Origin: Isurus oxyrinchus
Taxonomy: Eukaryota
DNA length: 64,000 nucleotides
Assembly: GCA_026770705.1 (NCBI GenBank)
Contig: JANJGN010000071.1
Location: 682,001 to 746,000 of the forward strand
Reading direction: 5' to 3'
This document shows, one piece after another, positions 34,790 through 48,300 of the stretch. Every line of letters begins with the position of its first letter. Position 1 is the first letter of the stretch. A model generated the notes under the pieces. That model was not told the DNA's origin and ran no database searches. It saw only the letters and a program-made list of their open reading frames with translations. The translations under genes and the position numbers were made by a program.

Positions 34790-37700
34790 GGATGCTGCTC
34801 ACGAGTTTGTTGGGACTTATGGATCCAGGCTTGTTTTGGAGAGGCTGAGTAGGTACAATAGACAGAGTAGATCAGCAGACAGTTCTTAGATGAAACACAT
34901 TCTGCTTATTTACAAAGGAACTCAGCTACACTTGTGTGCTTTCAACTCAAGCCCTGTCTCCGCATTACAGGCTCTAACTAAAGGTGACCGACTACTGAGG
35001 TACCTGCGCCACTCGGCTGTTGGACACTGATATAAGAGTTAAACAGGGACTTCTATTAGTGAAAACCAAAGGTCAGCAGAATTCTCCAGGTGAACCTTGT
35101 GCACCATGGGGCTGACATCAGCAGAACTCTCCAGAAAGGGCTTGAAGATCACAAGGGATTAACTCGAGAAGTGACATAAAGAGATGCTGAGGGTAAACAG
35201 ATAAGGTAAAGGCAAACAGCACCAGGCTAGAACGAGATAAACAGTTCTTGCTTGGGTAAGGAGCAGATATGTACCTGGGACTGGGAACATCTGCTTATTA
35301 TGTGATTATGTACTGACAAGATTTGAATTTAAATAACCCAATGTGTACGTGACTAACTCTGTGAACAAAAAAGATGGTTTCCCTGTAATGGGTAGAGTTC
35401 TGTTTTTAGCCAGGCCTGAGGTTGATTCTGAGAACACACCACAACACTGAGCTCATGTTATCTTCCATTGTAACCTTCTTCTTAAAGGTATATCACACAT
35501 CAGATTACCACCACCCTCCCCCTTTACTCAGAAACACATTTTACACTTACTTTTACCATTTTCTCAAAGTATCAGATGATTAACACAGATCAGTAATTTA
35601 CAAATTCAGTCTTTCTGGGGGGTTTCCTTATGCGTCTGGAACGTCTCAGATCCACAGCTTCAGATGCTTTGTCAGGAGTCTCCTTTTCTGATGTTGTCCC
35701 AACACCAGCTTCTTCGGTGGACACCTGCAAACCTGTTTCCTCAACTCTTGCAGGTCCAACGGACCCTTCAGACACATCTGTTCTCAGCTGAGTTCTTTCA
35801 ACAGGAGACATAGACGCAGCCGTGAAGACTGGTGGGGTTGTTTCTTGGTACTTTGTTTCTCTCCTCCTTATATGACCCACATGTCTCCATATGACTCGCT
35901 CTTCCACTTTCACATGGTGAGAAAGAGTTCCAATCGCTGCATTTATTTCACCCGGTGACCACTTTGGCCGTTCTCTAAAATCGTTCACATATACCGTCTC
36001 TCCTACGGTCAGCTTCCTGTCATGACTATGCCAGTCATGTCCAGTTTCCTGTCTTCCTGGACTCCTTTCCACCTTCCCGCTGACATTTAGCATGACTGAT
36101 GTTGCAAATGTGACGTGAGAAAAAACTTTTTCACACAACTAAGTTTTGGGCCTGGAATGCACGGCCTGGAAGTGTTGTGGAGGCAGGTTCAATCGAGGCA
36201 TTCAGGAGGGCATTAGATGATTATTTGGATAGAGAAAAGGTGCAGGGGCACGGGGAAAGGCAGGGCAATGACACTAGGTCATGATGCTCATTTGGAGAGC
36301 TGGGATAGACATGATGGGCTGAATGGCCTCCTGCTGTGCCATTAAGACTCTGTGATCCTGCAGAGGAGACTCTGAAAGGCAAACCGGTTTATTGATACAA
36401 CCCTTTGTGTGTATTAATTGTGACAAACTTCTGGGAGGCCTTCTCGAACTCCAATTGTTGATAAGCATGGCTCATATCAGCTCCGTGTAGGCCGTTCCAG
36501 TCAATTCTTGTCATCTCCACAAACACATTGGCCAGGCTCAGGTACAGGGACTATTGGTGCTGCCCATTCTGAGGACAGCACAGATTGTATCACTCCCAGT
36601 TTCTAGAACCTGCCCAATTCAGCATCTGCCTTTTCCCACATTGCATAAGGTACTGGCCGTGCCTTCATAAATCAGAGGGGTAGAGTCTGGATCCACATGA
36701 ATTTTTGCTTGCAGCCCCTGGATCTCCCCGAGTTCATCTTGGAAAACTGAGATGTATTTTTGTAGTAGCTCAGGTAGCCCACTGGCTCTCAGTTGGAAGA
36801 TCTCAGACCAATCCAGCTTAATATCTTTCAGCCAGTTTCATCCAAGGAGGCTTGGTCCCTCACCAGCTCCCATCATCAAGGGTCATTTTACTGATTGACT
36901 TCCATACTGTATAATAACCCTGCTTATGTCTTTGGCTTGAATGTCTTCTCCCGTGTAAGTTTTCAATTAGTCATCTGTTTCTTCCAAATTTAATTGACTT
37001 TCCCCATGATTCCAGTATTTGAAAGTATGCTCACCAATTAGCGTAGTGTTAGCTCCTGTATCCACCCCCATTCTGAGAGCTCTATCATTCACCCTCACTG
37101 TTACATAGATTGGCTCTGTTCTTCCTACCTTTAAATTATACAATGAATAACTATCTGAATCTGTTACTTCAGGCTCTTCTATGTTATGGATCTCACAGGG
37201 TTTTCTCTCTTGATTGAAACTCTGCCTGATTCTATCCTTGCAATCTCTCATGGGCTCTCTGTTTCGATGACAGTAAAAACAATTGATATTTTTAAAGTTC
37301 CATTCACTACGAGGTTGTCTGCTTCACCTCTGTTCCCATTATTCCATGTTTTCTCTGCTAAGTCATTCCTTTTTATTTGCTGCTAGTGGTGGACGTTTCC
37401 CGTTTCTCATCAGAGCTGTACATTTTCCCACACTTCTTGGCTGAGGCTCCTCACCCAACATGAGGACGGTGACATTTTGCACTCTCCATATGTTTTTCGA
37501 GTCCCTCACTGCTCTTTCCATAGCCAGCACTCTTCCCAGCGCCTTCTGAATATCCAAATCTGTTTCAGACAGTAATCTCTTCTGAATCGAATCTTCATTT
37601 ATACTGCACACCAGTCGATCTCTCAGCATATCATTTATAGATTTACCAAACTCACAATGTCCTGTTAACTGTTTCAGAATTTCCACATAACATGCAGCTG

Positions 37701-38160
37701 CCTCCCCTGGGACTCTATTTCTTGAGTTAAATTTGGACCGTTGCATCGTTACCGAGGGCTGGGGCTGGGAAGGAATCTTCACAAGGTTCACTATATCATC
37801 TAAACTTTTTGAATCCATGGCACCGGGTGACATTAAAGTTCGCATCAATCCCTAAGTCTTACTCCCACACGTGGATAAGAGGGTCGCTCGCCTCTTCTCC
37901 TCCCCATCAATGTCATTCACTTGGAAAAAGAACGCGAGGAGTTCACCATAATGAGACCAATCGCCCACCGTTGGGTCGAAAGGATCAACTCTTCCAAACT
38001 GCAGCATTCTTCGAGGGGACTGCTTCGGTTATTAGGATGGAAATTATATTTATAATCACTGCGTGAGGCACAGCCCGATTTCAGTTCCCTTGCTCTCATT
38101 CCTTGCTTTTTCTTCCTTGTTTTTCACCTCATCGCCAGTTTATTCAACGCTTGTCACTAC
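34790..38160 (-). mobile_element. Degraded Gypsy LTR retrotransposon (gag, protease, RT start, integrase C-terminus, 3' LTR)
   Basis: PBS-like TGGCGATGAG at ~38138. Gag CEFG...LRDRLVC.I.EDSIQKRLL. Protease VDTGA. LRRSRRIRKPP. Polypurine tract near 35515-35525. Confidence 0.8.
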
Positions 38161-38164
38161 TTTA

Positions 38165-38470
38165 GTTTGCACTCCCTCGGTACTGAGCCTGCGACAGTGC
38201 AGCATTCCCTGGGTACGGACCCTCCGACTGTGCAGTGGTCCCTTAGTCATGAGCCCCTGATAGTGCAGCAGCCCCTAAGTGCTGATGCTTGAAAAGTGTA
38301 GCGCTCCCTCAGCATTGACCATCTGACAGTGCAGCACTCCTTCAGTACTGGCACACCCAGAGTGCAACACTCGCAGTACAGAACCTCCGACAGTGCAGCA
38401 TTAAGTCAGTGCTGACCGTCCAACAGTGCAACACTCCCTCAGTACTGACTCTCCGACTGTGCAGGACTCT
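38165..38470. repeat. Degenerate 33 bp minisatellite upstream of gene C
   Basis: CAGTGCAGCACTCCCTCAGTACTGAC-like units. Confidence 0.75.
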
Positions 38471-38707
38471 CAGTCCGGACACCGAGTGCCGGTCTGGTTT
38501 GCCAGCCTGAATTTTGCCAAATGAATTTCGAACTGACGACCTTCTCACTCAGAGAGAGAGAGAGGGTTCGAAATCCAGTGTCCCACAGGAGAAATTCCTG
38601 GTCAATGACTTTCCACTTTTGAGCAGAAATATCATCACAAGTCCAGAACGCAAAGGGTTAACAGCTTCAAAAAACTCAAAACACGACCTGTTCTGTCACT
38701 TTGATCC

Positions 38708-38848
38708 AACTTCCTCATTTTGTCACACAGTGACACATCAACCCTTTCTCATTAAATACACAGAGGGAGCAGCACAGGAAGAGGTCATTCAGCCCAAGCA
38801 GAGCGTGTGGGCAGTTCCTCCCCAGGCAAGCAGACGGACAGGTCCTGG
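38708..38848 (+). promoter_or_regulatory. Gene C promoter (ETS/PU.1 motif) and putative non-coding exon 1
   Basis: AACTTCCTCATTTT at 38708-38721. Donor CTGG|gtaagt at 38849. Inverted homolog of the A and B blocks. Confidence 0.55.
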
Positions 38849-39298
38849 GTAAGTAACGGAATGATTGGAATTCACTTCCACAACCAACACCGTCCTTTGT
38901 TGATGTTGTGACTTTATAAAGACAGATTCCAATGATTGATGCCTTTGAAAGATTTCTACTGATTATTGAGATCTGGGTGTGAGGCTCAAGTCTGTTGTAC
39001 AGAACATCTTTCAGGCTCAAGGGATGAGGGAAGTGCAGAGACATGAGCTTTGGGACATCCTGAGGAGGTGAAAGGCGATATAGAAATGCAAGTCCTTCAT
39101 TGATTTATTTTTTTAAAGCTTTTTAACTCTCTGCAGAGCACCTATCATCCCACAGAGAACCAAATTAGTCTGTGTAGACATTGTGTAAAAGCAGTTCTGA
39201 TCTCTCGAGAGCTGTCGGACAAGAGGTGAGGTCTATTTAACTCCTTTCTCTTTCACAGTTTAAGAGTCAGAAGCTAAAGGAATATCTGGGAGTGGACA

Positions 39299-39338
39299 AT
39301 GATCGGGAAATCTTACTTCCTCCTGTCACTTCTCCAAG
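39299..39338 (+). CDS. Gene C leader coding exon MIGKSYFLLSLLQ
   Basis: Acceptor tttcacag| at 39258, ATG at 39299, donor |gtaata at 39339. Confidence 0.84.
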
Positions 39339-42300
39339 GTAATATCATCGTCAGCTTGGACAGACTTATGGCTAATAGTCTTTGTAAAAGATCATTCTTA
39401 TTGAGCTCTGATAGGGAACCGATTCAGCAGTGAGCCAGTGTACAAACTCACACCAAGTCCCATTCACCCATCACCCCTGTGCTCACTGATATACACTGAC
39501 TCCCTGTCTGACAGCAGAATTGGAGGAGAGCAGAGACCTCAAAGGGTTTCAGGGCTGGAGGAGGTGACAGTGACAGGGATTAGAGAGGGAGGATGGAGGG
39601 ATAAGGAATCAATGAAGAGATTTTGAAAATTGAGTCATTGCTGGACTGGGAGCCAGTGGAGGTCAGCGAGTGACAGGGGAGCGATCGGCTGAATAGAGAA
39701 GCAGGGATAAAAACTGGGGGATGAAGTCTATCCTGATGCAAGCACTCCGATATTAATGCCCTGAAATGTTTCTCTCTTGCTGATTTTCATCAGAATTTCC
39801 CATGAAGACAACACAGAAGCTCTTAGATTAGACAGGCAGTTCAGCGTCACACTTCCTGTCCCTTCTCACCATGCTAGAAAATTCGATAAGATAGCAAGAT
39901 AACTGATAGAGAGAAGGGAGGCAAAGCTGTCTGTATGTAAAACTGTCAAATATTCTGAGTTATCATGATTGTCTCTGATCTGCTGCAGAGTTTATATTTC
40001 ATTGAAACTTATCACTTTGCAGCTCAGAGAGAGACCATTGACTCACTGCCTGAAAGGGCGGTGGAAGCAGATTCAACAGGAACTTTCAGAAGGGGAACTG
40101 GATAAATACTTGAAGGGGACATTTTGCAGGGCTGTGGGGGAGAGAGCAGAGGTGAGAGTGGGAATAATTGGACAGATCTTTCAAAGGCCCAGCACAGTTT
40201 CGATGGGCCAAATGGCTTCCTTCTGTTCCGGATCATTCTACAATCCGATAAATTAAGTCCCTTTTCAATAACTCTTCAGGCTCCTGCTGCAGGAATGGAT
40301 CTTTGAGAAGGATAGGGAGCAAGCGGTTTCTCATATCATGTTCATATTTATTGACAATTACATAAGTGTACGGAACTGTTGAATATTTGAGTCTCTAAAG
40401 TGTGGATTTGACCTTCTGGTACACCCAGATCTTGTGCTGGTTACCTTGTCCGGAGGTGTCTTTAACTGTTCACAGTGATCTGTGGGATTGTCACCCTTGG
40501 ATGTTGTTCCTGATTTCATGTGGGATCTTCTCCTCGATGGAATAGGAGCGGGAATGTATCTGATTTATCCTCGGTTCCGCCTCACCGCTGTGCCCTTGTG
40601 TGTTTGACTCCATAGGCCCTTGGTTCTGAACAAATCCTTGTCACCTCGGCTGGTGGTCATGAACCTTCTGTGGGATCCTGGATGTGAACTTGTCCCAACT
40701 GTAAACTTGGCAACTCTGCACCTCCATTTTTATCACGAACATTCCTTATCTTCTCTTGTAGTTTTAAAAGTTGCGCTCTGGTTTCTGAGAGAGTAGAATG
40801 GGTAAGAGTAGCGAAATTGGTCACTACTGGCCCACCAAACATGCTCTCTGTCAGTGATGGAATAAGGTGAGGTGATGGTGTAGTGGTATTGTTGCTGGAC
40901 GAGTAATTCAGAGACCCAGGGTAATGTCCTGAGCATATGGGTTCAAATCCTGCCATAATAGATGATGGAATTTGAATTAAATAAAAATATGAAATTCAAA
41001 GTCTAGCAATGACCACAAAACGATTGTTGGAAATCCCACCTTGTTCACCAGTGCCCTTTAGAGAACAAAATTGTCTGGCCGACATGTGACTCCAGACTCC
41101 ACGTCAATGTGGTTAACTCTTACATTAGGGATGGGTAATAAATCCTGGCCTGACCAGTGACTCCCACATCCCATGAATGAATTTAACAAAGTTGCAGTTG
41201 TAGGTGTCGATCTCAGATGTAACATTGCAATGTGTGGATCTTGCTTGGCCTGTCTACATTTGAGAATTAGGGATTTCACTGTGTGAATCATTCATTCAGC
41301 TAGGCTGTTAGATCTGGGGTAATGAGGAGAAGAAGTAGTGTGATTGATATTCCAGATTATCTGTAATCATGTCCCTAGGCTCACCAAATAAACTGAAAAT
41401 AGTGCTTAGAGTGTAAGCAGCAGTTGTGCTCGGTGTGTTGTGCTATTTTTGAATAACGGGATATCTGGTAAAGCTGTCGACGATGATGATGAAGTCAGTG
41501 ACATGGACATGAAAGGATTCAGATGTGATTTTGGACTAAGAATGGGCAGGAATTTCCTGTGGAATCAGTGGTTCTTTGTGTTGACTTGGCTCATCCTCTT
41601 GACAAGCCTCGAACTTCCCTACAACAACTTCAAGGTCATTGTTCATACCCGGCCAGGGACTGTATCTCTTGTGAGTCTCCTTGTCTGATCTGTGCCCATG
41701 TGTGAGGGATGAAGTTGTTGAAGAATATATCATCACAAAGGTTCTGGTATGATGCGATGCCTGCCATTAAAAATGACTCCCTGGGAGATGCCTCGCTTAT
41801 CCCGATGAGGTCAAGTTGAATCAGGCCACCCTTTCAATGATATTTCCACAGTTCCTGTAGATTTTTTCACTGTCCCCTCTTGTAGCTGCTGGCATTTCTG
41901 TTGTGCTAAATGTACTGGATCAATTGACAGACTTGCATTCTCCTGCAGGTGTAATGTTGCAGCTCCCTTGAAACTGCAAATACTGTTGAAACTTTCTGCA
42001 TATTTCAATGTTATGTCCATGAACTGAGTTGATGGGGTAGTTTCTGAGGTTGACCCATGTCAGTTCTGACAGATTCCATGGATTGTCACTAGTGTGAGGT
42101 CACCGCATGCCGGTAGACTTGCAATTGCTCAGCCTTTAGTCTCCACGATGTAGAACATCTGTGACACCCAGGAGGATTGATTGTACTTGCACCCCAGGAC
42201 TATGTATTCCGCACATGGAGTTGGTGAATTGTTGTACACAGCAGTAGGTTTCCCCATGGACTTCCATGTCCTTGGATACATGTCTTTGAAAATTTACTGG

Positions 42301-45300
42301 GGTGGTCTGGGGGAGGGGAATGTTGGCACTTGCCCTTGTGTCAATCTTGGCCAATAAAGGAGAGGTAGCAACTTTCTCAGGGCAGATAATTGGAATCTTG
42401 GCCAATAGTGCGGGTGATGTGACAGCATCTGTTCTCCGTGAGATTGATGGTGTAAAAGGTGTGAAATTGTTCAACAATTGCACAAAACGTTGAGCACAAA
42501 TGTTGCACAAACTCTAGGCCGGGGTTTTCCGGCCCGGTCATGGTGGGACCTGCCTTGGGAGATTGGGACAAATATAAATCCATTGGCTTTCGGCCGGACC
42601 GGACAATCCTGGCAGTGGGTGGGGCCAGAAAATCCCACCACTATGGGACATTTTCAGTTTATTTGATGTGCCCAGAGAGATCATTAAGGACAACAATCCA
42701 CAATTTATTGGCAAGCCACGTCAGGATATGTGTGAGAGGTGGAATATCAATCACCGCTCCTCGTCTCACCGTGTACATCATCGCCATTTCCTGGTTTGTC
42801 AGTCACCACATGTATATGTTCCTGATGGGATAGCAGATGGTCATTCTTATTGATTGAAGGTTCCCCGTTGTGTAGGGTCTGTTTGGATCAGCGCATGGCT
42901 CTTTGTAGCTGCATCAGCCTTTGCTCTAGTGCCCTGCCGCTGTCAATGGCCCTTTCTGCCACAAGCCTTGCAGGATTGGTGGAAAGCTGGGCATTTCCTT
43001 GGTGCCTGCAGAAGGCCACACCTTCCACACGTCTCACTAGGTTTGGATGTTCTAGTGAGTGTGTCAACAATTGATGTTGTACTGAGGACCTGTAAGCTTC
43101 GTTGACCTGCGAGGATCACTTTGTATTTATGTCCATCCTTGAGTAGCTCTTCAATGCTATAGGTTTTGGTCTTATCTAGCAGATCTTTCTGGAAGGCTTC
43201 CATGGGCGTGGATGCGATCACCAACTCAACAACTGTGTCTGCAGATTCTGTGTTTGAAATCACAGTGCGTACCCTTTTCTCTACATCGGCTGATGAAGTG
43301 GTCTATGGATTGTGTAGGCTGATGAAATGACATAAACTCTAGTTGATGAATGTGGAGTTTAACGTGATTCTGAACCTGTCTTCCAATGTCGTCCATATCT
43401 ATTGGGGATCCTTTCGCTCTTCTGCTGTTAATCCTGATGTGTTCAGCCTGGGTAGACCTTCATTCCCAATCGCGAGGTGAATTTTTATGGCTTGTTCGTC
43501 TGGTTCAGTCACACCTGAATCAGGAAACCAGAGCTCTGTACGCTGTTTAAACATCCTGAATTCAGATAGTCGGTCAGCTACATCCCGGTTCAAACTGGGG
43601 AATTTCGTGGACATTCTGACAATATTCCTTTGACCTTCCTTCTCCTACAGGATCTGGGATGAGTGTCGCTTTAGCCCCTTTTGTGTGCTTTTCCGAAGCT
43701 CCGCCCACGAAGACGGGTTGTGGCAGGAACACACCACGGAGTAATGGAGTCTTTGTTTTTTATTCAATTTGCTGTTCAACAATCTCGAAGCCGCCCGTTA
43801 TAATCACTAACTTCTCTGGGCTGATTTTTATAATGGTTTTTGTGTGTTTGACTCTCCCTCGCTCACTATCGATCCAGCCCACACCCTGGTCACTCGCCTT
43901 CCCTGACTGAGCTAACCCGCTGCTGGTCCTGGCGATACACACTGTCCCACTCACTGACCTACAGGCCGTGTGCTGTAATCTCACCACGAGGGATCCGTCT
44001 GCTCCCCAGCTCTTTACTTGAGCTCTTTCCCGTCACTGTGTCTTCGAAGGATTCCTGAGCAGTCAGTACACTGCGATTTCAACCCTCTCTGATGCTGTGT
44101 CTCTGTTGTGGTCTGACCAAAGCGTCGAGGGTCGTCTCATGTCATGTAGCTCGATCTAAGGCTGTTCACCACGTCATACCTGTACTGAATCTTGCTGCCA
44201 GAATGTTTGGCCACCGCTGATCACCATGTTGTGTTTTTATAATGATATAAAGGCACCAGCCACTGATACGGAATTGGGTAAATACATTGTGGGTTCAGTT
44301 ATTTAGAATAGGGAGATGAGAACAAGGATAGAAAGCTGGGAGACACCTGCAGCCAAACTGTGTGAGCTGTGTTCTGCTCACAGGCCAAAGAGAAACTTGG
44401 ACTGGATGGTGTTATCATCCCAGCTGATGTTACTACTGGGCAAGTCAGATACCAGGGTGGAACTCAGCTTGATAGGTCCTAACTTTTATTTTTTATTTTG
44501 GAATGTGGAGTGCGGCTACTGAACAGAGTCACAGGAGTCATCTGATGTACTTCTAACTAAAGAATAAAACATTTATTAAACTAGGAAAGACAAACTATAT
44601 TACATTACTCCTTCACCCAGACCTATACCTTTGCAGATTCATAAGTAGAACACAAGTTACAATAGCTATCTTATACTCTCATGTTCACACTAAGTGCACA
44701 GTCGATGTAAACCAATAGACGACCTGGGGTCAGGGACACCACATTCTGAAAGAAACTGACAGAACCCACTTGGAACAAATGCTATGTCTCCCTCCTCATC
44801 AGACCCCAGACGCTTGTTACACTGTGAGCCAACCAGTCTCACTGAACTGAGATATCCATATGAGGGTTTCCAATCTCCACTCTCCAAGAACTCGCTTTGG
44901 AATCTTCTCCAACATGACACTTTCACTCAGACACCTTCCACAAGGGTCCACTTTCACTATTTCAAACTCTCCTTCCCATGTTCCTGCCCCCTGGATCGCC
45001 ACGTGCATTCAGCCTTCCTTCCACGCCCTGTCTCTCCAATGCTCAGCCGTGTCAATGGAACACCATGGCTTCACATGGCCGTAGTAATGAGTCACCAACC
45101 TGTGGTGTCTCCTAGGATCTTCTGGCTTCTCACAAGCCTATTTTGCTTTAGGTCTGTGTCCTGCTGCTTTCTCCCTTTATGTTTCGAGCCTTCTTCTGTT
45201 CCTCACTCTTAACTTCACTTAACAGGGCCTTTTCCAGATTTGACTAGAAGGTTTTCTTGGGCCCTTTCTCCGGTTCCACTCGATGGTTTTGGCTTCATCT

Positions 45301-48300
45301 TTACTTTGGGACTGACTATCTGTCCCGCTCCTTTGCTGCTTCTCCTGGCAACTCCTTTCAACAGAACTGAAAGTATTTTTCTGTTTTTCTCGGTCTCTGT
45401 GGGTCTTTCCGTCTGGACCACTGTTACTAGGCAACAGCACAGTTTCTTCTACCTTGTGTTTGTTTTGACTTCCCTTCAAGAGTCATAAAAACTCATTAGA
45501 TAGGCGGCTTCTTCCAAAGTGAAACCAAAACTCAAGTTCCCCCTTTTCAAAACACCCAAATACAGAAATACAAACTAAACTTCAACTTACAGATATACGT
45601 TATGCCTAACACACACAAATACACAGAGAACTTCCTTAAGCCAAGCCCAGTTCTGAAAAATCACATGACACACTTCCTCTCGAGTGATGTCATGCTGCTG
45701 TCCCTGAAAGGCATATTACAACAGTGTTATCACTTGGCAGGTGATGTGTGCCAGGCAGACCAAGTCCATGAGAGAAAGGTGGTCACACGATCATAATGAT
45801 TTTGCAATTTGTATTTATTATGAGATGTGTGCACTGAATTCAGAAGCAATAATTACACCAAGACCTTTAGAGATTTAAAGAAATAAATTAAAATATTTGT
45901 CATCAAAATAAAAGATTTTAAGCACATACATAAGACTACAATGACTGCTATAATAACTCCTAAAATTCCTAATTAACCTGACTCCCAGTTACACTCCCTT
46001 TAAGGCAACAGACCAAAAATAGATGTTAGATTTAAAACAAACTCAGCAAGTTAACACAATGCCCTGGACAATGGAATTCCAAATGGATTTTCCCCAACTT
46101 CAGTTCTGTTGGATAGCAGGTTGTGCACAAACAGGGTCCTGAGCACCATCAGCCAATGTAGAATGAACTTGTCCACTCCTGTGTCCAGGATTCTCTTCCA
46201 TCCATTGTGATATCTTGTGGAGTTCCTTGTGTGTCCTGTAGATGGTCCAAACTGCAGCCACTGTGCCCCAGTGATGGAGGGGGTGGATATCGAGTCTAGT
46301 GGATCTACAAACCATCCAGAGTTTAATATTGATATTTCTCTCCCCAGTTGGACTGTCACAAGAGTGGAAAGGTGACAGTCCCCGAGAGGTGACAGCGCAG
46401 GAAGGTTCATGTGTACAGATTCCATGTCATTACAGTTACTCATCACATTTGGTAAAGAAAACACATGTCGGAATCTGGTATATGAGGAGGTACATACAGA
46501 ACAAATGGTCTAAATGGTCTATAGCCTTTCACTCCAAGGATCACAGTCACGAGTTACCACGGTTCCACCATCGGACCCGGCTGTCTGGAGACCTGAAAGA
46601 TGGCGACTGTTCCCTGATTATAAACAACATCAGACGGGAAGATGAAGGACCTTATTTTTTCAGAATAGAATTTGACAATGGTCCGAGCCATAACTATTAC
46701 CCTGAAACCCAGCTTCAGGTTTCTGGTAAGTGCTGTGTTATAATTACTCAACAATTCACTCAATGGGAAATAATAGTGTTTGATTTGCTTGTTTTTTGGC
46801 CGTGTTAACCAGCGTCACTATTTTTAATGATTTGTCTATTTCTGCTCCCAGATCCATGAGCTTATTGTGTGTGATTGAATCCACATCATAGCTGTAATAT
46901 AAACCGAGCTGAGGGGTGATGACACATCCCCCCTGAGTGAAGTGTCTCCTCCCCACTACACCTTCCACCCCTCACACTGTCCGTGTAAACCCCCGTCCCA
47001 TCTCCAGCCTCTCTTTCCCCTCCAAAGTCCTGCAACCTGTTTCCATCTCCCGAATCCGTCCCCATCTTTCCCGGAACTCCATGTTTGAATCCCTCCAATC
47101 AGGTTCCCACCCCAGCCACTGTGCTGAAACAGCTCTTATCAAGGTCACAAATGGCATCCTGTGTGACTGTGACAAAGGTCAACTTTCCCTCCTCGTCCTT
47201 CTCGATCTGTCTGCAGCCTTTGACACGCTCGACCACACCATCCTCCTCCAACACCTCTCCACTGTCGTCCAGCTGGGTGGGACTGCTCTCCCCTGGCTCC
47301 ATTCTTATCCATCTCATCGTAGCCAGAGAATCACTTGCAATGGCTTTGCAGCATCATCTGAACAGTGTTAGTTTTCACCTGTCCACTGAGGATGCCCAGC
47401 TCTACCTCGCCACCACCTCTCTCGACTCCTCCACTGCTGCTAAATTATCAGGCTGCTTATCCGACATCCAGTACTGGATGGGCAGAAATTCCCTCCAATT
47501 AAATATTGGAAAGACTGAAGCCATTGTCTTCATTCCCCGCTCCAAACTCTGTTCCCTCGCTACCAACTCCATTCCTCTCCCTGACAGTTCTCTGAGATTG
47601 AAGCCAATCTGTTCACAGCTTTGTTGTCCCATTTGATCCTGAGATGAGCTTCCGGCCTCCTATCTGCGCCCTCACTAACACCGTCTATTTCCACCTCAGT
47701 AACATCGCACGACGTCACCCTGTCTCAGCTCATCTGCTGCTGAAACCCTCATCCACACCTTCATTACCTCCAGACTCGACTGTTCCAACACACGCTCTAC
47801 ACTCCATAAACTTGAGGCCATTCAAAACTGCTGACCACGTCCTTACTCACACCAAGTCCCATTCCCTTATCACCCGCTCTGCTCGATGACCGAGACTGGC
47901 TCCTGGTCAAGCAAAGTCTCAATGTCCAAATTTACATATTTGTTTCCTCTCTATCCCTGTAATCTCCTCGTCCTCCTCCAGTACCTACAACCATCCCATT
48001 CTCTGTAACCTCTTGAAGTATCTACCGCTTCCCTATATCTGCAAATTGATCCTGCCCAACAAACCTACCAATCTCTGCAACCTCCTCCAGCCACTACAAA
48101 TCTCCCTATTTCTGTAACTTCCTCCTGCCCCTAAAAGCTTCCCTATCTCTGTAGCCTGCTCCAGTCCCGACAACTTTCCCTGCCCCTGTAACCTGCCCCA
48201 GTCACTACAACCCTCCCTACCTCTGCAAACTCCTCCAGACCCTACACTCTCCCAATCTCTCTTAACTTTTCCAGCCCCTACAACCCTCCCTATCTCTGTA